Shown in pieces: positions 1 through 9,594 of a stretch of DNA of 33,317 bases. The stretch is from positions 1-33,317 of the forward strand of contig WFTK01000004.1 in the NCBI GenBank assembly GCA_015485505.1. Direction: 5' to 3'. Every line of letters begins with the position of its first letter. Position 1 is the stretch's first letter. Source of the DNA: Patescibacteria group bacterium (GTDB taxonomy: Bacteria; Patescibacteriota; Minisyncoccia; Phycocordibacterales; UBA2100). A model generated the notes under the pieces. That model was not told the DNA's origin. It saw nothing but the letters and a program-made list of their open reading frames with translations, and searched no databases. The position numbers and the translations under genes are program-made.

Positions 1-1
1 C

Positions 2-244
2 TGGTCGTGGAATCAATCCGAATGGAATCCGTCGAGTATTGCACTATTTTTAGTCATACTTGGCTTACTTGTCGATTTCTGTGCCTCAATTGAGCACAGA
101 AGGGCAATTGTATTGCACCTTAATCTATACATGACAGCTGGAAAGACAGCCGAAATCCACGGTAGAGAGTACACTGTGGTGAAGTGGACGAAACAAAAGA
201 GTATACACTCATTTATCTCTCCAATTCTAAGACTATGTAATTGA
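2..244 (+). CDS. 3' end of a hypothetical membrane protein (truncated by the window start)
   Basis: Frame 2 is open from the window edge to TGA at 242-244 (WSWNQSEWNPSSIALFLVILGLLVDFC...LRLCN) and contains one hydrophobic stretch. A terminator follows at 307-340. No family recognised. Confidence 0.4.
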   Translation, partial: WSWNQSEWNPSSIALFLVILGLLVDFCASIEHRRAIVLHLNLYMTAGKTAEIHGREYTVVKWTKQKSIHSFISPILRLCN

Positions 245-306
245 GAGATTGCAGGTTTAGTAAATGTGACTATCTATTCAATTATCAGCAAGCTAAATGC
301 AAAGTA

Positions 307-340
307 AAACAAAACCCGAGCTAGCGCTCGGGTTTTGTTT
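307..340. terminator. Bidirectional intrinsic terminator
   Basis: Perfect 15-bp inverted repeat AAACAAAACCCGAGC-TAGC-GCTCGGGTTTTGTTT lying between convergent ORFs. Confidence 0.8.
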
Positions 341-399
341 ATGTATATAAAATCAATCCCCCGCACGGCGCTGTGTGCCATGCGGGGTCAGCGGAGCAG

Positions 400-543
400 T
401 CAATCGGTGAGCTCATGGAGGTCGTACCCCCACTTTGCCGCCCGTTTGGCCCTTTTTGTCATCTTGCGCTTTTTGGCGGCTTTCGCCGCCCGTTTCGCCT
501 TCATTTCTGCCCGTTTTTTCTTGCAAGATTTTGTGAAAGCCAT
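400..543 (-). CDS. 47-aa Lys/Arg/Ala-rich small basic protein
   Basis: Translates as MAFTKSCKKKRAEMKAKRAAKAAKKRKMTKRAKRAAKWGYDLHELTD. Preceded by a GGGAGG Shine-Dalgarno and a TTGCAA-17-TATTTT promoter on the minus strand. Below the ORF-track cutoff. Confidence 0.65.
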   Translation of the reverse strand: MAFTKSCKKKRAEMKAKRAAKAAKKRKMTKRAKRAAKWGYDLHELTD

Positions 544-701
544 GCTTTCCTCCCTGTTTTGCTGTCACGGAATTGCGACAGCTCCAAGTACAAAAATACC
601 AAGAGAGAGAGCAATTTGCAAGCTTTTTGTGATACTTGACAGAGGGTGTATAATATAAAAAGTGTTAAGAGATTATTAATTTAATAATATTAAAAATAAC
701 T

Positions 702-2846
702 ATGCCCAATCAACAACCACAACAAGGTCAAAATGAGAGTGTTATAGATAAGTACGGTACTGATTTTACTGCACTTGCAAAAGAGGGTAAGTTGGATCCG
801 GTTATTGGGCGTGATGAGGAGGTGCGTAGAGTTATGCAGGTGCTCGCCAGGAGACGTAAGAACAATCCGGTGCTCATAGGAGAGCCCGGAGTAGGTAAGA
901 CAGCTATAGTAGAGGGGTTAGCACAGAGGATAATCGCAGGAGACGTGCCTGAGAGTATTAAAGATAAGAGATTGGTAGGCATAGAGATGAGTAGCTTAAT
1001 AGCTGGAGCTAAGTATCAGGGTGAGTTTGAGGAGCGATTGCAGAAGCTCCTAGAGGAGATAGATAAGGCAGAGGGTCAGATAATCCTCTTTATAGACGAG
1101 CTCCATACTATAGTTGGAGCTGGCAAAACAAGCGGAGCAATGGATGCGGCAAATATGCTTAAACCTATGCTTGCTCGCGGGCAACTACATATGATAGGGG
1201 CTACTACTCTAGAGGAATATAGGCAATATATAGAGAAGGACCAAGCGCTTGAGCGTCGCTTCCAACCCGTATATGTTGGTGAGCCTAGTGTAGAGGATAC
1301 TATCGCAATACTTAGAGGTCTTAAAGAGAAGTATGAGGTGCACCATGGAGTGCGCATCTCAGATGAGGCTCTTGTGGCAGCTGCCAAGCTCTCAGACAGG
1401 TACATCTCAGACAGATTCCTCCCAGATAAAGCGATAGACTTGGTAGACGAGGCAACGAGCGTACTCAAGACGGAGGCAGAGAGTATGCCTGCCGCTCTAG
1501 ACAATGCAAATAGAGAGATAGCCCGCCTAGAGATAGAGAAGGAGATGTTAAAGAAGGAGAAGGGTACAAAAAACAAGGAGAAGTTACAAAAAATAGAAGA
1601 GAGGATCAAAAAGCTCAAAGCAGAGAATGACAAAGAGATGGAACAATGGAGGAGAGAGAAGGAGATCCTCGCTAAACAAAAAGAGCTTGCAGAAAAGATA
1701 GACTACCTAAGGACGGAGATAGAGCAATATGAGCGTGAGGCCCAGTATGAGAAGGTTGCAGAGATACAATATAATAAAATACCAAAGCTAGAGAAGGAGA
1801 TTGCAGAATTGCAAAAGGAGCTAGATGCAATACCAGAGAATAAGCGCATGATCCGTGAGGAGGTGACAGAGGAGGATATTGCCAAGGTAGTGGCCCGTTG
1901 GACGGGTATACCAAGCGAGCGCCTTATAGAGGCCGAGGTAGACAAACTCTCTAAGCTTGAGCAAGCCCTACAGAAGCATGTAGTAGGGCAAGAAGAGGCG
2001 GTGAATGCCGTAGCCCGCGCTGTACGCAGGAGCCGTGCCGGGCTCAAGAGCCATGAGAAGCCTATTGGCTCCTTCCTCTTCCTTGGTCCAACGGGTGTGG
2101 GTAAGACCGAGCTTGCACGCGCACTTGCATTTGAGCTCTTTGACTCTAAAGATGCAATGGTGCGTATAGACATGAGTGAGTACATGGAGAAGCACTCTGT
2201 AGCAAGACTTATAGGAGCACCTCCAGGATACATTGGTCACGAGGAGGGAGGGCAACTCACTGAGCCTGTGCGACGTAGACCGTACTCAGTGGTACTCTTT
2301 GATGAGGTGGAGAAGGCTCACCCAGAGGTCTTTAACCTACTCTTACAAGTGCTTGATGATGGGCGCCTTACAGATAATCATGGCAGGACGGTAAACTTTA
2401 GTAATACTATAATAATCCTTACAAGTAATATTGGTAGCGAGTATCTATTGGGAGATAAGGATGGCAAGGTAGATAAGAGTGCCGAGAAGAAGGTAATGGA
2501 CGCAGTGAAGGTACACTTCAGACCAGAGTTTTTAAATCGTATAGATGATATAGTGATATTTACACCTCTTAATAAGGAGATGTTGAGGAAGATTGCCGAG
2601 ATACAATTAAAGCAAGTAGTAGAGAGTCTTAAAGAGGAGCGTAATATAACCCTAATTATAGATGATGCTGTTAAAGATCATATCGCAAAAGTTGGCTACG
2701 ACCCTGCATACGGCGCACGCCCACTTAAGCGTGCTGTGCAGACAGAGCTCTTAGACGAGCTGGCGATGGCTCTTATTGGGGGTAAGTATAAAGAGGGAGA
2801 TACAATACATGCTATGCTTAAAGACACTAAAATAGTTTTTAAGTAA
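702..2846 (+). CDS. clpB: ClpB-type AAA+ disaggregase lacking the N-terminal Clp repeat domain
   Basis: Two AAA modules ([15 protein letters not shown] and [18 protein letters not shown]), a long coiled-coil M-domain, and a [12 protein letters not shown]-terminal motif. Confidence 0.93.
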   Translation: MPNQQPQQGQNESVIDKYGTDFTALAKEGKLDPVIGRDEEVRRVMQVLARRRKNNPVLIGEPGVGKTAIVEGLAQRIIAGDVPESIKDKRLVGIEMSSLIAGAKYQGEFEERLQKLLEEIDKAEGQIILFIDELHTIVGAGKTSGAMDAANMLKPMLARGQLHMIGATTLEEYRQYIEKDQALERRFQPVYVGEPSVEDTIAILRGLKEKYEVHHGVRISDEALVAAAKLSDRYISDRFLPDKAIDLVDEATSVLKTEAESMPAALDNANREIARLEIEKEMLKKEKGTKNKEKLQKIEERIKKLKAENDKEMEQWRREKEILAKQKELAEKIDYLRTEIEQYEREAQYEKVAEIQYNKIPKLEKEIAELQKELDAIPENKRMIREEVTEEDIAKVVARWTGIPSERLIEAEVDKLSKLEQALQKHVVGQEEAVNAVARAVRRSRAGLKSHEKPIGSFLFLGPTGVGKTELARALAFELFDSKDAMVRIDMSEYMEKHSVARLIGAPPGYIGHEEGGQLTEPVRRRPYSVVLFDEVEKAHPEVFNLLLQVLDDGRLTDNHGRTVNFSNTIIILTSNIGSEYLLGDKDGKVDKSAEKKVMDAVKVHFRPEFLNRIDDIVIFTPLNKEMLRKIAEIQLKQVVESLKEERNITLIIDDAVKDHIAKVGYDPAYGARPLKRAVQTELLDELAMALIGGKYKEGDTIHAMLKDTKIVFK

Positions 2847-2855
2847 TAGTTGCAG

Positions 2856-3668
2856 ATGGTAAAAAAGAGAGAGATAACAAAGACAGAGAAGTTGAAGCGC
2901 AAGGTAAGGAGCTTATTTGCTGGCAAGAGCAAGCAGAGTCAACAATTCTACATTATCCTTATAATAGTCAATCTTTTTGTCTTTTCTCTATTTCTTATAG
3001 AGGCAGCATTCCCTGAGCAGCATTGGCTAATAAAGAGTATTGAGATATTTTTTGGTGTGTTATTTACTCTTGAGTATTTGGCTCAGCTTTGGGTTGCACC
3101 AAAGAAACTTAAGTACATCTTTAACCTTTTTAATGCTATAGATTTGCTTGTTATAGCGTCACTCTTTATGCCTCTCTTTGTGGGCAACTTTGCTGCATTA
3201 AGACTGATAAAGTGGGTGCGTATACTTAGGGTCTACAGAGTGATGAAGTTGACAAAAATCCAAAACCAAGTGGTTGCTCGCAATTGGGATATAGTGGCAA
3301 GTATAGTCAACTTTGTGATTTTCTTGATAGTTACCACTATAGTTATCTTTATCTCTCAGGCATCTGTTAACCCTAATATCAATACATACGTAGATGCTCT
3401 ATACTTTGCTGTGGCGACTCTTACAACCACTGGCTATGGCGATGTAACTGTAGTAGGGCAAGGAGGCAAGCTTATCTCTGTTGTGTCTATGATTATAGGC
3501 ATATTGCTCTTTATGCATATGTCTCGTGCCGTCTTCCGTGGCAAGAGAGCACATGTTAAGTGTACTAAGTGTGGACTCTCAATACACGAGCTAGACGCTG
3601 TGCATTGCAAGCACTGCGGTGAGGTTATTAAGAACTCAAGCAAGCTTGGTGAGGGCTTGGTTAGTTAG
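2856..3668 (+). CDS. 6TM voltage-gated-type potassium channel / ion transporter with C-terminal zinc ribbon
   Basis: TTTGYGD selectivity filter, Arg-rich S4-like helix (LRLIKWVRILRVYRVMK), and C-terminal CxxC...CxxC. ATG 2856 preferred over TTG 2850. Confidence 0.88.
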   Translation: MVKKREITKTEKLKRKVRSLFAGKSKQSQQFYIILIIVNLFVFSLFLIEAAFPEQHWLIKSIEIFFGVLFTLEYLAQLWVAPKKLKYIFNLFNAIDLLVIASLFMPLFVGNFAALRLIKWVRILRVYRVMKLTKIQNQVVARNWDIVASIVNFVIFLIVTTIVIFISQASVNPNINTYVDALYFAVATLTTTGYGDVTVVGQGGKLISVVSMIIGILLFMHMSRAVFRGKRAHVKCTKCGLSIHELDAVHCKHCGEVIKNSSKLGEGLVS

Positions 3669-3705
3669 TGGCAATAGGTAAAATATTTGTTATAGTATTC
3701 GACAT

Positions 3706-3779
3706 ACGCGTATAGCTCAGTTGGTTAGAGCGCATCACTGATACTGATGAGGTCCCAGGTTCGAATCCTGGTACGCGTA
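3706..3779 (+). tRNA. tRNA-Ile(GAT); CCA not encoded
   Basis: Cloverleaf: acceptor ACGCGTA/TACGCGT, D arm GCTC/GAGC, anticodon arm CATCA-CTGATAC-TGATG, T arm CCAGG-TTCGAAT-CCTGG. Followed by CTA. Confidence 0.95.
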
Positions 3780-3810
3780 CTACTACTCTTTTGGCAAGCA
3801 AATAACGATT

Positions 3811-3848
3811 AAAGCGCGGGCTCCGTAGAGTCCGCGCTTTTTGTTTTT
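3811..3848. terminator. Intrinsic terminator between tRNA-Ile and the convergent gene
   Basis: AAAGCGCGGGCTC-CGTA-GAGTCCGCGCTTT followed by a T-tract. Confidence 0.85.
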
Positions 3849-3854
3849 GCCGGC

Positions 3855-4706
3855 CTATACCTTAGGCCGGCTGACGATGACGAGATTCCTCTCGTCTCGT
3901 TCCCAAGACCCGGGCCGTCGTCGCGAGGCCCAGCCTTGAGATGGGTCTCCGGTATCAATGTCATCAAAGACGACATTGGTGGGGGTGACTCCCAGGTGTG
4001 CTGCTTGTGCCTTGATTAGGCGGTACATGTCCACCTCACCAGCGTCCCAATCACGCACGATGCCATATTTGGCGCCGTAGCGTTGGCAAGTGTCGAGCAG
4101 AGCCCTGTTGTACCTGCCATGAGCGGGATGATCCGGAGGGTGGTAAAAACCAGTGCGGATCCCACAGTAGACATTGAGGTGTATGTTCTCAACGTCTACT
4201 CCCATCTGAGACAAATACAACACAGCGTTGTATATGACTCTCCCTGAGCTCACGATGCCGGGCACGGCAATTCCCTTGCTCAACATGTCTTTGTTAAGGA
4301 GGGAGTCACGACCCGCATGCGCAGCTACCACATGCAGCTCACCTTGCTTGTCACGCCCGTGCAAGACGATTGTCGGGCAATCTGCAGAAGTCACTGCAAA
4401 TCCTTCGTCGAGGTCGAGCACCGCCCCATCGTAGTGATCATTGGCAGAGGTGATGTACTTGCCGCCAATCTCTTGTGCTACGATGAATGCATCAGCCATG
4501 TGCAATGGCAAGTTTGTGATCCTCGCATTGGCATCAACCGGGCTCGGCATGTGTACGGTGTGCACACTGTCCGGCACTACATCTGCAATTGCTTGCAGGG
4601 TTGTGGGGTCGCTGCGGTCAATTCTGAAGCGGTAACCAGGGTTGAAGATATCCACTCGAGTATCGGCATCGAGTATTTTGTATGAAAGAACGAATGAATC
4701 ACACAT
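3855..4706 (-). CDS. Divergent YfiH/PgeF (laccase-domain, purine nucleoside phosphorylase-like) protein
   Basis: SADCPTIVL and VAAHAGR match the family TADC and HAGW motifs. C-terminal S-R-R...R-N motif. AGGAGG SD upstream. Confidence 0.7.
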   Translation of the reverse strand: MCDSFVLSYKILDADTRVDIFNPGYRFRIDRSDPTTLQAIADVVPDSVHTVHMPSPVDANARITNLPLHMADAFIVAQEIGGKYITSANDHYDGAVLDLDEGFAVTSADCPTIVLHGRDKQGELHVVAAHAGRDSLLNKDMLSKGIAVPGIVSSGRVIYNAVLYLSQMGVDVENIHLNVYCGIRTGFYHPPDHPAHGRYNRALLDTCQRYGAKYGIVRDWDAGEVDMYRLIKAQAAHLGVTPTNVVFDDIDTGDPSQGWASRRRPGSWERDERNLVIVSRPKV

Positions 4707-4786
4707 TTTGTACCTCCTAGGTTTCTGTTGCGTTGATTTCGTCTACATAGTTTATACTATGCATTAAGTATAAAAGCAATTATTTT

Positions 4787-6205
4787 CTAGTGTTGTAGCC
4801 CATTAAGCCATTGAGGTAAGTCGTCTAATGCTCCATCTAAGTTGCCGGAGGAGAGGATTAATAAGACACTATTAGGGTTTATTAAGTCTTTTAATTGTTT
4901 GTGTACTTCCTTCTCGTTATTAACCGCTATGGCTTGCACACCGCTATCGTTTATTCTCTCCACAATCTCTGCTTGTGAGAGCTGTTTATGAGTGCCCGCA
5001 CCTTGCTCTGCGGGGTGGAAGACGAGTACAGCAGACGCCTCCCTAAATACATCGTCATACCAGTGGAGTGCATCTCTATTACGCCAACTAAAGGTATGAG
5101 GCTCAAATAATATTAGCATGTTTTTATTAGAGTAGTGGAGCTTGATAGCCTCTATGGCACTGCGCGCCTTCTCATACGATGTGCCGAAGCCTTCATAAGC
5201 TGGCACGGCATCTTTATTGGTGATCCTGTTAAGGCGGCGCTTTACTCCACTAAAGCTCTTGATGGCATCAGCGAGCTCCTCGGGAGTCACCAGCTCTCTC
5301 TCAAGTAGTAGAGCTGATGCTCCAACGATATTCTGCACATTATGCTTGCCTAGTAAGTGAGTCTCTAGGTTGGCTATGACTATGTCGTCTTTACGAAGCT
5401 CAAATGTAGTTACTTCACCATAATTTATGTTTTGCGCAGTCCAAGTTGCATCGTTATATACTCCGTATGTCACCACTCTTGCATTAGTGTTATGCCCAAT
5501 TTCATTAACGCCGGCATTATCTGTACAAGCTACAAGTAGGCCGTCATTTGGCAAGTCTTGTAGCAACTCTATAAACGGCTTTTTGTAATCTTCATAAGTA
5601 GGGTATACGTTAACATGGTCGTGGTCTACAGATGTGAGCAGTATTGTACTAGGCTCGTAGTGTAAGAATTTGGCGCGGTCATCACCATGCGCCGTAGGAT
5701 ACTCATCTCCCTCCATTATAAATACCTCGCCTTTGCCCAGAGCAGAGGTGTACTCTAAGTCATCAGGGTATGCTCCTATAAAGTAGCCGGGCTCTTTACT
5801 AGCATGCACAAGTATATAAGAGAGTAGAGAGGTAACAGTACTCTTGCCATAACTACCGGCTACTACCACTCTACTCATGTCATCGCTAAGCTCGCGTATT
5901 GCTTGTGGGTATGATTGTATTTTTACCTTACCTTCTTTTTCCAATTTTAAGGCCTCTTGTACTTCTGTATTGATTGCGGGGTCTAACTGCGCATTACGGC
6001 CTATCACTATGAGCTCAACACCCTCTGGTATATTCTCTGGTTTGTAGCCTTTGTGCATCTTTATGTTGAGTTTATCTACATAGTCACTTGCCGGAGGGTA
6101 ACATGCATCATCTGAGCCTGTAACCTCCCAACCCTTATCTTGCAGTAGCTTAGCTGTAGCGCTCATTGCTACTCCACTTATACCTATTACGTGTGCCTTC
6201 TTCAT
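4787..6205 (-). CDS. Mur ligase, MurC/Mpl-like
   Basis: Motifs HVIGISGVAM, VTGSD, AGSYGKST, EGDEY, DHDH, GKHNVQN, GVKRR and FEPH. Start taken at ATG 6205 (MKKAHV). Confidence 0.85.
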   Translation of the reverse strand: MKKAHVIGISGVAMSATAKLLQDKGWEVTGSDDACYPPASDYVDKLNIKMHKGYKPENIPEGVELIVIGRNAQLDPAINTEVQEALKLEKEGKVKIQSYPQAIRELSDDMSRVVVAGSYGKSTVTSLLSYILVHASKEPGYFIGAYPDDLEYTSALGKGEVFIMEGDEYPTAHGDDRAKFLHYEPSTILLTSVDHDHVNVYPTYEDYKKPFIELLQDLPNDGLLVACTDNAGVNEIGHNTNARVVTYGVYNDATWTAQNINYGEVTTFELRKDDIVIANLETHLLGKHNVQNIVGASALLLERELVTPEELADAIKSFSGVKRRLNRITNKDAVPAYEGFGTSYEKARSAIEAIKLHYSNKNMLILFEPHTFSWRNRDALHWYDDVFREASAVLVFHPAEQGAGTHKQLSQAEIVERINDSGVQAIAVNNEKEVHKQLKDLINPNSVLLILSSGNLDGALDDLPQWLNGLQH

Positions 6206-6275
6206 TAACTTTAAGTATAACAAAGTTTTAGCTTTTAGCATTGTGCAGTAATGGTTTTAATATATACTCAAGATT

Positions 6276-6983
6276 ATGAATAAGGGCAAATTGTACATAG
6301 TAGCAACACCAATTGGTAATTTAGAGGATATTACTCTGCGCGCTCTGCGAGTACTCTCTGAGGTGCATACTGTGTTTTGTGAAGATACTCGGGTTACAGG
6401 AAGGTTGTTGCATCATCATGGCATAAAGACAAATATGGTGAGCATGAATGCTCGCACAGAGGAGCAAAAGATAGGTATTGCACTTGAGCTACTAAGTGAA
6501 GGTAAAGACATTGCATACACTAGTGACGCTGGCACGCCTGGCATCTCAGACCCTGGTGTGCGCCTCGTATCAGCCGCACTAGAGCATAATAAGAAAAACT
6601 TGGCGGTTCGACCGCCAAGTTTGGAGGTGGTGGCAGTTCCAGGTGCTTCAGCTCTTACAACAGCGCTTAGCATAGCAGGTGTACCTACTAATAAGTTTAC
6701 CTTCTTAGGGTTCTTACCTCAAAAGAAGGGGCGACAGACGGCACTTAGAGAGCTTGCTAACTCAGAGCACACGGTAGTCTTATATGAGTCAACTCATAGG
6801 ATATTAAAGTTATTAAAAGAGCTTAGTGAGTATTTGCAAAATAATAAAAAGGTTACCTTAGTAAGAGAGCTTACCAAGATGCACGAGGATGTATTGCAAG
6901 GCTCAGCCCAAGAACTACTTAAAACTTTAGAAGATAATCCACAAAAGCAGAAGGGGGAGTTTGTAGTTATCGTCAGCAGCTAG
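6276..6983 (+). CDS. rsmI: 16S rRNA (cytidine1402-2'-O)-methyltransferase
   Basis: Motifs LYIVATPIGNLEDIT, CEDTR, SDAGTPGISDPG, RELTK and KGEFV. Confidence 0.95.
   Translation: MNKGKLYIVATPIGNLEDITLRALRVLSEVHTVFCEDTRVTGRLLHHHGIKTNMVSMNARTEEQKIGIALELLSEGKDIAYTSDAGTPGISDPGVRLVSAALEHNKKNLAVRPPSLEVVAVPGASALTTALSIAGVPTNKFTFLGFLPQKKGRQTALRELANSEHTVVLYESTHRILKLLKELSEYLQNNKKVTLVRELTKMHEDVLQGSAQELLKTLEDNPQKQKGEFVVIVSS
6596..6622. repeat. REP-like palindrome embedded in frame in rsmI
   Basis: AAACTTGGCGGT-TCG-ACCGCCAAGTTT forms a perfect 12-bp stem with a 3-nt loop. It encodes the extra residues NLAVRPPSL. Confidence 0.7.
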
Positions 6984-6996
6984 TATACTGCTGTCT

Positions 6997-8271
6997 ATGA
7001 AGACGACTGTAACTACTATTATTGGGATATTGGGAGTACTACTTTTGGTAGGAGTTACAATGTGGGCAATTATGTTTAGCGATATCGCTTGGCGGGTTGA
7101 GCCTTATGCCTTGGCTATGACAGGCGCTACAGAGCCTACAGTGGTCCGCGGGCCTAAAGTGACGCATCAAGAGATGCCAAGTGAGGTGCGAGCTATATAT
7201 ATGACGGCCTGTTATGGAGCGAGCCCCAAGTTGCGTAATAACCTCGTGAGGCTGATAGACGAGACAGAGCTCAATGCGATTATTATAGACATTAAAGATT
7301 ATACGGGCACTATAGCAGTGCCAACTAGCGCTAAAATTTTAGCGGCAGGACAAGAGGGTAGTGGTTGCAAGATAAGAGATATTAAAGAGTTTATAGAGTT
7401 GCTACATAGTAAGGGTATATATGTAATTGCCAGAGTAACAGTCTTCCAAGATCCTCTATATGCAAAGGTTAAGCCAGAGTTAGCTGTTAAAAAGAAGAGT
7501 GACAAGAATGCCGTATGGATAGACCATAAGGGACTGGCGTTTATAGATGTAGGTGCAAGAGAGTATTGGGACTATATTATAACGCTGGCCAAAGAAGCAC
7601 ATAATGAGCTTGGGTTTGACGAGATTAACTTTGATTATGTGCGCTATCCATCAGACGGTAATATGTCTGATACCTATTATCCGCACTCAGGTGGCGAGAG
7701 GGAGAATGTTAAAAGAGCTGAGGAGTTAGAGAAGTTCTTTAAATATTTGTCAGAGAAGATGCGCGAGCCCAATGCCTATGGTGAGGTACCTAAGATCAGT
7801 GCCGACTTGTTTGGTATGACAGCTACTAACTATGACGACTTAACAATAGGGCAGGTGCTAGAGAGAGCATTGCCCTACTTTGATGTAATAGCGCCGATGG
7901 TATACCCGAGCCATTACCCTAAGAGCTTTTTAGGGCTTGGCAACCCCAATAAAAATGTATACAAGGTGGTTAATTACTCTATGGCTAAGGCTGTAGAGAG
8001 AGCTAAAGCAGAGCGCACTAATATACCTGCATTGGCCTATGAGCAGGCACCTCAGGTCCAAGATAATAAAACGACAGGAAAAAAAGAATATATAAAGCCG
8101 TCATATAGTGCTGATAAACTGCGCAGTTGGATCCAAGACTTTGACTACGGGGGCGAGTATGGGGTTGCTGAGGTTAATGCTCAGATACAAGCCAGTAGAG
8201 ATGCGGGTGTCACCGGAGGTTATATGATATGGGACCCGACTAATCGGTATACTAGAGGAGTCTCATATTGA
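6997..8271 (+). CDS. Membrane-anchored putative glycoside hydrolase (DUF4015-like)
   Basis: N-terminal TM helix plus motifs ELNAIIIDIKD, IARVTVFQD, GFDEINFDYVRYPSDG, PMVYPSHY and WIQDF. Confidence 0.8.
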   Translation: MKTTVTTIIGILGVLLLVGVTMWAIMFSDIAWRVEPYALAMTGATEPTVVRGPKVTHQEMPSEVRAIYMTACYGASPKLRNNLVRLIDETELNAIIIDIKDYTGTIAVPTSAKILAAGQEGSGCKIRDIKEFIELLHSKGIYVIARVTVFQDPLYAKVKPELAVKKKSDKNAVWIDHKGLAFIDVGAREYWDYIITLAKEAHNELGFDEINFDYVRYPSDGNMSDTYYPHSGGERENVKRAEELEKFFKYLSEKMREPNAYGEVPKISADLFGMTATNYDDLTIGQVLERALPYFDVIAPMVYPSHYPKSFLGLGNPNKNVYKVVNYSMAKAVERAKAERTNIPALAYEQAPQVQDNKTTGKKEYIKPSYSADKLRSWIQDFDYGGEYGVAEVNAQIQASRDAGVTGGYMIWDPTNRYTRGVSY

Positions 8272-8343
8272 TTTGACATTATGGCTGTAACTTGTTAGTA
8301 TTTGGCGCAATCTGCTGTCCTTGGGCTGTGGGTTAAAATATCT

Positions 8344-8559
8344 GTGGTAAAACAAGAGAAAGAATTAGTGGAGGGAGTAGTAACAGAGCTCTTACCTAAT
8401 GCCATGTTCCGCATTGAGCGGAGTGACACAGGTGAGGAGGTTATAGGGTTCCTCTCTGGTAAGATGCGTAAGTTTCGCATCAAGGTCCTTGTTGGAGACA
8501 CAGTGCTTATGGTAGTAGACCCATATGGCGGTAAGGTAAGGATAGAGAGGAGACAATAA
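8344..8559 (+). CDS. infA: Translation initiation factor IF-1
   Basis: [15 protein letters not shown]...[18 protein letters not shown]. Probable GTG start at 8344. Confidence 0.93.
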   Translation: MVKQEKELVEGVVTELLPNAMFRIERSDTGEEVIGFLSGKMRKFRIKVLVGDTVLMVVDPYGGKVRIERRQ

Positions 8560-8575
8560 TTTTTATATCAATATT

Positions 8576-8692
8576 ATGAAGGTAAAAGCATCAGTTAAAA
8601 AGGTATGTAAAGATTGTCAGGTATTACGCAGGAGAGGAGTGGTACGCGTAATATGCAAGGTCAATCCTCGTCATAAGCAACGACAAGGTTAA
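8576..8692 (+). CDS. rpmJ: 50S ribosomal protein bL36 (Zn-binding form)
   Basis: [38 protein letters not shown], read directly from the sequence. Not in the ORF track. Confidence 0.97.
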   Translation: MKVKASVKKVCKDCQVLRRRGVVRVICKVNPRHKQRQG

Positions 8693-8724
8693 CATTATAA
8701 TAATTAAGCAAAATAGATTGAGTT

Positions 8725-9123
8725 ATGAGAATTGCAGGAATCACAATACCAGATAATAAGAGATTAGAGTATGGCCTAACAGCCATATATGGTGTTGGTT
8801 TGTCTAGAGCTCAATCTATACTTAAAAAGCTTGGGGTAGATACGGGCGTAAAGCCTACTGAGTTAGATACTGACACTGAGGCTAAAATACGCGCAGAGAT
8901 AGAGAGCTTTACAATAGAAGGTGACCTAAAGAGAGAGAAGGCAGCAAATATAAAGCGTCTTAAAGATATAGGCTCACGCAGAGGAGACAGGCACAGCAGA
9001 GGGATGAAGCTCCGCGGGCAAACAACAAAGACAAATAACCGTACTGTGCCCAGTGGCATACACGCTGCTCACAAGGCTCGTAAGACGATGACGAGTGGTA
9101 AGGTTAAAGTAGAGAAGAAATAA
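8725..9123 (+). CDS. rpsM: 30S ribosomal protein uS13
   Basis: MRIAGITIPDNKR...LTAIYGVG...RGQTTKTN, plus operon position. Confidence 0.96.
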   Translation: MRIAGITIPDNKRLEYGLTAIYGVGLSRAQSILKKLGVDTGVKPTELDTDTEAKIRAEIESFTIEGDLKREKAANIKRLKDIGSRRGDRHSRGMKLRGQTTKTNNRTVPSGIHAAHKARKTMTSGKVKVEKK

Positions 9124-9135
9124 TTTATAATATAT

Positions 9136-9570
9136 ATGGGTAAGAAAAGAATTGTAAAAAAGAAGGGTAGCACAATGAGTAAAGGCCTAAAGGCACGCGC
9201 CTTAGCTAAAACAAGCAAGAAGAAGCTCGCCGAGGGAGTGCTTAATGTGCAGTCTACATACAATAATACAAAGGTTAATCTATCAGACTTAGATGGTAAT
9301 GTTGTTATCTGGTCATCTGCTGGCGCACTCGGCTTCTCTGGAGCTAAGAAGAGTACGCCTTTTGCTGCAGCTAAAGTAGGAGAGGTAGTAGGAGAGAAGG
9401 CTAAAATGATGGGTGTTAAGGAGGTTAGTGCTGTTATCAAGGGTGTTGGACAAGGCCGTGAGAGTGCATTGCGCGCCTTCGTTGGTGTTGGTATTAACCT
9501 TACAAGTATAAAAGACGAGACACCTGTGCCGCACAATGGCCCACGCCCACCTAAGGCAAGACGAGTTTAA
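9136..9570 (+). CDS. rpsK: 30S ribosomal protein uS11
   Basis: STYNNT, KKSTPFAA and TPVPHNGPRPPKARRV motifs. Confidence 0.97.
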   Translation: MGKKRIVKKKGSTMSKGLKARALAKTSKKKLAEGVLNVQSTYNNTKVNLSDLDGNVVIWSSAGALGFSGAKKSTPFAAAKVGEVVGEKAKMMGVKEVSAVIKGVGQGRESALRAFVGVGINLTSIKDETPVPHNGPRPPKARRV

Positions 9571-9594
9571 AGTTGTTAATAGTTAAAATAAGAT

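Noticed and set aside
335-658. Plus-strand ORFs 335-658 and 373-639
   Set aside because: They are shadows of the minus-strand basic peptide and cross a terminator or promoter DNA. The minus frame has the SD and promoter.
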